Shown here in pieces: positions 59,788 to 64,000 of a stretch of 64,000 nt of DNA. The notes under the pieces are model-generated. The model saw only the letters and a program-made list of their open reading frames with translations. It had not been told where the DNA came from and ran no database searches. The position numbers and the translations under genes are program-made. The DNA lies in contig JBNKCR010000026.1 of the NCBI GenBank assembly GCA_050287845.1, forward strand, positions 18,353 to 82,352, in the 5' to 3' direction. The stretch comes from Polyangia bacterium. GTDB taxonomy: Bacteria; Myxococcota_A; Polyangia; JAAYKL01. Each line of letters starts with the position of its first letter. Position 1 is the first letter of the stretch.

Positions 59788-59897
59788 TTGAATGAAATTG
59801 TCGAATAACTTTTATTCAAAAAATTATCATGTTAATGGAACTGAAAACCGAGTTTCCGGGATACCCGGGGCGGTTCATCGATTAGAACGGAAGCAAT

Positions 59898-60914
59898 GTG
59901 CCTATAAAGATAATAGAATTTGGAGACGCAGAAACACGAGGCTATTTTGATTCTTTTAATAAATCAAATGGAATGCTTGTAGGATGGCTCGCCTCCACAG
60001 AAAAAATAAGTACTATTGAGCTGACTGATGATTTAAATAACAAGTACATGGTTGAATATGGAGGAGAAAGAAAGGATGTTCAAGGACTTCTGAAAGACGC
60101 ATACTACGATTCTGGAAGATCTGGATTCACCGTTAAACTAGGAAAGGTGAGATCTTTTTCGGGTAAATTCAGTATTACTCTTTCGTCTGGAAAAAAATTT
60201 CAGTCAAAAGAATTCCTATTAAGATTTTATGATGACGATGCCAGTTACCTACATGCTAATGTCCCATTCAGCAAGGAAATGGGACATCAGACCTGGCGTC
60301 GCAATCTAGCCCAAATTGCCAATGAAAATAAAATGAAAGTTCTGGAAATTGGCAGCAGGAATGTGGTGACCAAAAGGTCTTTCAAGCATTTATTAACAGA
60401 TGCTGAATATACAGGTTTCGATTACTATGATGGTCCGAATGTCGATGTTGTCGGTGATGCTCACAAACTTTCATCATACTTTAACGAACAATTTGACTTG
60501 ATTTTCAGTGCTGCAGTGTTTGAACACTTAGCAATGCCCTGGGTTGTCGCGGAGGAAATAACCAAATTACTAAAAATAAACGGATTGGTTTTTGTTGAGA
60601 CACATTATTGTTATGGTTCTCATGAACGCCCCTGGCATTTCTTTCAATTTAGTGAAGTAGCCCTGAAAGCTCTTTTTTCTCCTGCTCTTGGGTATGAATG
60701 TATTGAAGCAGGCGTTTCCAATCCGATGGTCGGGCGTTTTTCATTATTGGCAGCTGAATACTTGAGAGATAAAAGAATACATGGACTGTACTGCCACAGT
60801 GCATATTTTGGGAAAAAAGTGAAAGATGTAAAAAATTTCAAGTGGAATTCTGTAGATTTAAGCCAAGTGGTGAATGAAACAGAATATCCAGCACCCACTG
60901 CCCAAAAGTCCTGA
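59898..60914 (+). CDS. SAM-dependent methyltransferase with an N-terminal Ig-like module
   Basis: VLEIGSR, G.D...GPNVDVVGDAH, AVFEHL.MPW, HERPW.F..FS. Confidence 0.85.
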   Translation: MPIKIIEFGDAETRGYFDSFNKSNGMLVGWLASTEKISTIELTDDLNNKYMVEYGGERKDVQGLLKDAYYDSGRSGFTVKLGKVRSFSGKFSITLSSGKKFQSKEFLLRFYDDDASYLHANVPFSKEMGHQTWRRNLAQIANENKMKVLEIGSRNVVTKRSFKHLLTDAEYTGFDYYDGPNVDVVGDAHKLSSYFNEQFDLIFSAAVFEHLAMPWVVAEEITKLLKINGLVFVETHYCYGSHERPWHFFQFSEVALKALFSPALGYECIEAGVSNPMVGRFSLLAAEYLRDKRIHGLYCHSAYFGKKVKDVKNFKWNSVDLSQVVNETEYPAPTAQKS

Positions 60915-60948
60915 CCCGAGTGTACGCAGCCCTGATGGCCGACCTGGG

Positions 60949-61302
60949 TGTGATGACTACCACTTGATCTGACAGGTTAGCCCCTCCGGGACCGGGTTGT
61001 CAGTTAGGCCGTGGCCCGCTCTTCGTCATCTTTCATACCGTACAACTTCTCTTTTGCCAAATCAGTATTCGCCAGGAAGGTGTCCATAGGGGTTCTTCCC
61101 TGGCACCGTTTGCCTTGGTGAGTGCGTCTCATGTTGTACTTTTCAAGCCAGATATCGAGGTCGGTCTGAAGCGTTTCCAGATCAGTGTAGATTTTTTTTC
61201 TCATGGCCACCATGTAGAATTCTTCCAGAATAGTTTTGTTGAAACGTTCGCAGATACCGTTTGTTTGCGGGTGCTTTGCCTTGGTTTTGGTGTGCTCTAT
61301 GT
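60949..61302 (-). mobile_element. IS481-family element, right end and transposase C-terminus
   Basis: Minus strand reads IEHTKTKAKHPQTNGICERFNKT...YN..RTHQG..C.GRTP (stop at 61004); terminal TGTGATGACTACCACTTGATCTGACA starts at 60949. Confidence 0.85.
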
Positions 61303-61435
61303 GTATCCGTTCAGCCTGTCACCTTTGTGTTCGGCGACAATTAGACCTCCCCAGTGACGACAATTAGAATTCCCCACGCAACGGGGTGCGAAGTTACCGG
61401 GAATCGGTAGTCTTCTTTTCGAAGGAGGCAACCGA

Positions 61436-62927
61436 TTGACAGTACGGGATACCCAGGTGGGAAAGTTAATGTCAGAACACGAAAAACAAGGAACAGTAAA
61501 ATGGGCTTCGATGATGGCGGGGATGGATCGGAAGACCGGGCGGAAGTATCTTCGGGCCGGGAAGCTGCCGTCGGAAATGAAGAAGCCGGAGCGGGACTAC
61601 CGGACGCGGAAGGATCCCTTCGAGGGGCACTGGGATGAGTTGCAGGAGAAGCTCAGGGACGCGCCGGCCCTGGAGGCGAAGGCGCTGTTTGGCTGGCTTC
61701 TGGAAAACAATCCTGAGGATTATCATCAGGGGCAGCTTCGGACGTTTCAGCGCAGGGTGCAGAGATGGCGCGCCATGGAGGGGCCTGACAAGCGGGTGTA
61801 CTTTGGGCAGTGCCATATTCCGGGCGAAGCCTTTCAGGTGGATTTTACTAACTGCAACGAGCTTGAGATAACGATAGCGAGGGAGGCGTTTGAGCATCTG
61901 CTGTGTCACAGTGTGCTGCCCTACAGCAACTGGGAATGGGCGACGGTATGCCGGTCTGAATCGTTTCTTGCGCTTCGCGTCGGTACCCAGGCGGCGCTGT
62001 TTCGGATTGGCCATGTGACCGAGTACATGCAGACCGACAGTCTGTCCGCCGCCACCCATGAGCTGGGTGAAGGCAAGCGGGGATTCAATCAAAGGTATGA
62101 AGAATTTGTGACGCATTACGGGATGGCGCCTCGCCGAATCGGTGTGGGTCAGAGCAATCAGAACGGCGATGTGGAGGCGGCGAATGGCGCTTTGAAACGA
62201 TGCTAAAACAGCATCTGCTGCTTCGTGGCAGCAATGATTTTGAAAGTGTGGAAGCATACGAGAGATGGGTGCAGGGGGTGATGACGAAAAACAATGATTT
62301 GCGTCGCGACAAAGTAAAAGAGGAGCTGAAGCATATGCGACCGCTGGCAGCGCAGCGTCTTGCCGAGTACCGGGATGAAACAGTGCATGTGAGCCGCGAG
62401 AGCACCATACGTGTGATGCAAAACAGCTACTCGGTGCCGTCGAGATTAATCGGCGAAAAGTAAAGGTGCGCATTTTTGAAGACCGTCTCGAAGTGTATTA
62501 CGGCGGTCGTCAGCAATTGTGCGTGGAGCGTCTGCTCGGGCAAAACGGTTATCGCATTGATTATCGCCACATCATCTGGTCTCTGGTGCAGCACCCCGGG
62601 GCATTTCCCAGGTATCGTTATCGTCGGGAACTTTTTCCCGGCATGATTTTTCGCAAAACATACGACCTGCTGTGCGCGCGTCTTGGCACGGGATGGAAAA
62701 CCGATCTTGAGTATCTGCGTATTCTGCACCGGGCGGCATCGGTCAGCGAGGAGGATGTTATCTGTGCGCTGGAAATGCTGATTGCCGAAAACGAACCCCC
62801 ACTGGCCGACAAAGTGAAGGAGCTGGTGCAGCCCCGTGAGGCTGAGATACCTGACATGCCGCCTTACACGCCGTCGCTGCAGGAATACGATGCGCTGCTC
62901 GATTGTGCGCAGGAAGGAGGCTGCTGA
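61436..62927 (+). pseudogene. istA: IS21 transposase istA with two frameshifts
   Basis: DRKT.RKYL, QVDFT, TDSLSAA, NGDVE, YSVPSRLIG and DYRH motifs are split across three frames, with breaks near 62200 and 62461. Confidence 0.9.
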
Positions 62928-63658
62928 TGAAAACCAGAACAACAGACACCGGTAATCTCGACATCCTTTTGCGTGCGCTGCGTCTGGCAGCGATTAGAGA
63001 ATCTTACGACGAAGTCATTCAACGCGCTGAAAAAGAGGGATGGGGCTACCTTCAGTTTCTGTATCATTTATGTGAACTGGAACTGTCACAGCGGGAGACA
63101 CGCCGAATCGAAAGACTTCGAAAACTGTCCAATCTGTCTGCCGACAAAACAATGGACACTTTGAAGCTGGAAAGATTTGTGGATAAAATCCGCAAACAGA
63201 TTCCTTCTCTGTGTGATGGCGGATTTGTGGACCGTGCTGAGAACGTCCTGGCTTTTGGCCTGCCCGGCAGAGGCAAGACACACATCGTTTCCGCCATCGG
63301 CCATGAGCTGATCGCACGCGGATACCAGGTTTTGTTTGTCCCAACCTTTAAACTGGTCCAGCGTCTGCTGGCGGCAAAACGGGATCTGTGCCTCGAAATT
63401 CTCGACGACATCGGCTACATCCAGCAGGAACGCGACGAGATGGAAGTCCTCTTCACGTTTCTTGGTGAACGCTACGAACGCAAATCCGTGATGATTACCA
63501 GCAACCTGGTTTTCTCTCAGTGGGACCGCATTTTTAAGGATGCGCTGACAACTGCTGCCGCCATCGATCGCGTCGTGCATCACGCGCACATCCTGGAAAT
63601 CAATCTGAAGAAAAGCTATCGGGCTGAAGAGGCCGAAAAACGAAAAGGCAAAGAATGA
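62927..63658 (+). CDS. istB: IS21 helper ATPase IstB (apparent small in-frame deletion before Walker B)
   Basis: GLPGRGKTH, LDDIGY, RYER.S..ITSNL.FS.W, AAIDR.VHH. RDLCLEILDD appears to lack the usual ~10-aa helix before Walker B. Confidence 0.88.
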   Translation: MKTRTTDTGNLDILLRALRLAAIRESYDEVIQRAEKEGWGYLQFLYHLCELELSQRETRRIERLRKLSNLSADKTMDTLKLERFVDKIRKQIPSLCDGGFVDRAENVLAFGLPGRGKTHIVSAIGHELIARGYQVLFVPTFKLVQRLLAAKRDLCLEILDDIGYIQQERDEMEVLFTFLGERYERKSVMITSNLVFSQWDRIFKDALTTAAAIDRVVHHAHILEINLKKSYRAEEAEKRKGKE

Positions 63659-63679
63659 AATTCGCTGCACGAAAAAATT

Positions 63680-63804
63680 TTACCCCCTCGTGGGTAACCC
63701 TCGACGCTTCGCTCTTCGAGGGAAAACACGGTGTCCCAAACACTAAGGTGTTTTGGACTGATCCGGGAGACTCCGTCTCCCTCAATCGGGAAGCTTCGCT
63801 TCCC
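63680..63804 (+). repeat. Array of five consecutive stem-loops
   Basis: TTACCC/GGGTAA; CCCTCGA/TCGAGGG; GTCCCAAACAC/GTGTTTTGGAC; GGGAGAC/GTCTCCC; GGGAAGC/GCTTCCC. Confidence 0.7.
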
Positions 63805-64000
63805 TCAGCAAGTGAGGAATTCTAATTGTCGTTAACCGGAAATTCTAATTGACGTCGGACACCTTTGATTTGAGCCAGAAATTCTCATAAGTTCGAACCC
63901 GATTTTAAGGAGGTGCGAACATGAGAAAGCAAAGAACACGGGCGCAAGGGCTGTCGCTGGCCCGGGCGTACAGAAGCAGCGGATTGACATGTCGTGAATT

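Larger units (their letters stand above)
61328..63861 (+). mobile_element. IS21-family insertion sequence (decayed)
   Basis: Imperfect IRs TGTTCGGCGACAATTAGA / TGTCCGACGTCAATTAGA (reverse complement), internal CGACAATTAGAATT repeats at both ends, and a CCTTTG direct repeat at 61322-61327 and 63862-63867. Confidence 0.93.
61303..64000 (+). mobile_element. IS66-family element, left end and start of tnpA, interrupted by IS21
   Basis: GTATCCGTTCAGC terminus at 61303, where the IS481 frame breaks. The sequence resumes after the IS21, and AAGGAGG-ATG at 63921 gives MRKQRTRAQGLSLARAYRSSGLTCREF (TnpA-like HTH start). Confidence 0.65.

Noticed and set aside
36041..60948. Integron-like cassette array or CRISPR as an explanation for the mosaic
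   Set aside because: No repeated attC-like or direct-repeat/spacer units, and no integrase or cas gene, were seen.
62195..62470. Programmed frameshifting in istA
   Set aside because: There are two separate single-base losses with no slippery site, plus a damaged istB; decay or sequencing error is more likely.
61472..62473. 333-aa minus-strand ORF and other long antisense ORFs in the track
   Set aside because: They are shadows of istA and other well-supported genes and carry no recognisable motifs.

Overview
Bacterial chromosomal window; the gene content (Cys-rich lipoproteins, myxobacterial-type sulfatase-fold protein, delta-type chemotaxis cluster) suggests a Myxococcota/Deltaproteobacteria-like genome, which is an inference. 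1-2 kb: the 3' end of a multiheme c-type cytochrome (three CxxCH motifs, absent from the ORF track) coupled to a predicted outer-membrane beta-barrel gene. 2-10 kb: a membrane alkaline-phosphatase/sulfatase-fold enzyme, an MBL-fold plus double cNMP-binding protein, and a lipoprotein-porin-small periplasmic protein module with a decayed paralog. 10-16 kb: a compact chemotaxis operon (STAS, cheY, cheA with an MshEN-like insert, two cheW, a soluble receptor-like protein with two signalling hairpins). 16-20.5 kb: CoA-binding protein, truD, plsB. 21-61 kb: a large ABC-transporter-dependent capsule locus (kpsF, lipoprotein, kpsMTED, gmd/fcl) followed by an AT-rich, mixed-orientation set of multidomain glycosyl-, ribofuranosyl-, glycerophospho-, sulfo-, methyl- and acetyltransferase-like genes. 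These genes share several small recurring non-catalytic modules and are interspersed with gene remnants. 61-64 kb: a three-level nest of IS elements (IS481 interrupted by IS66, itself interrupted by a decayed IS21). All calls are from motif recognition by eye; no searches were run.
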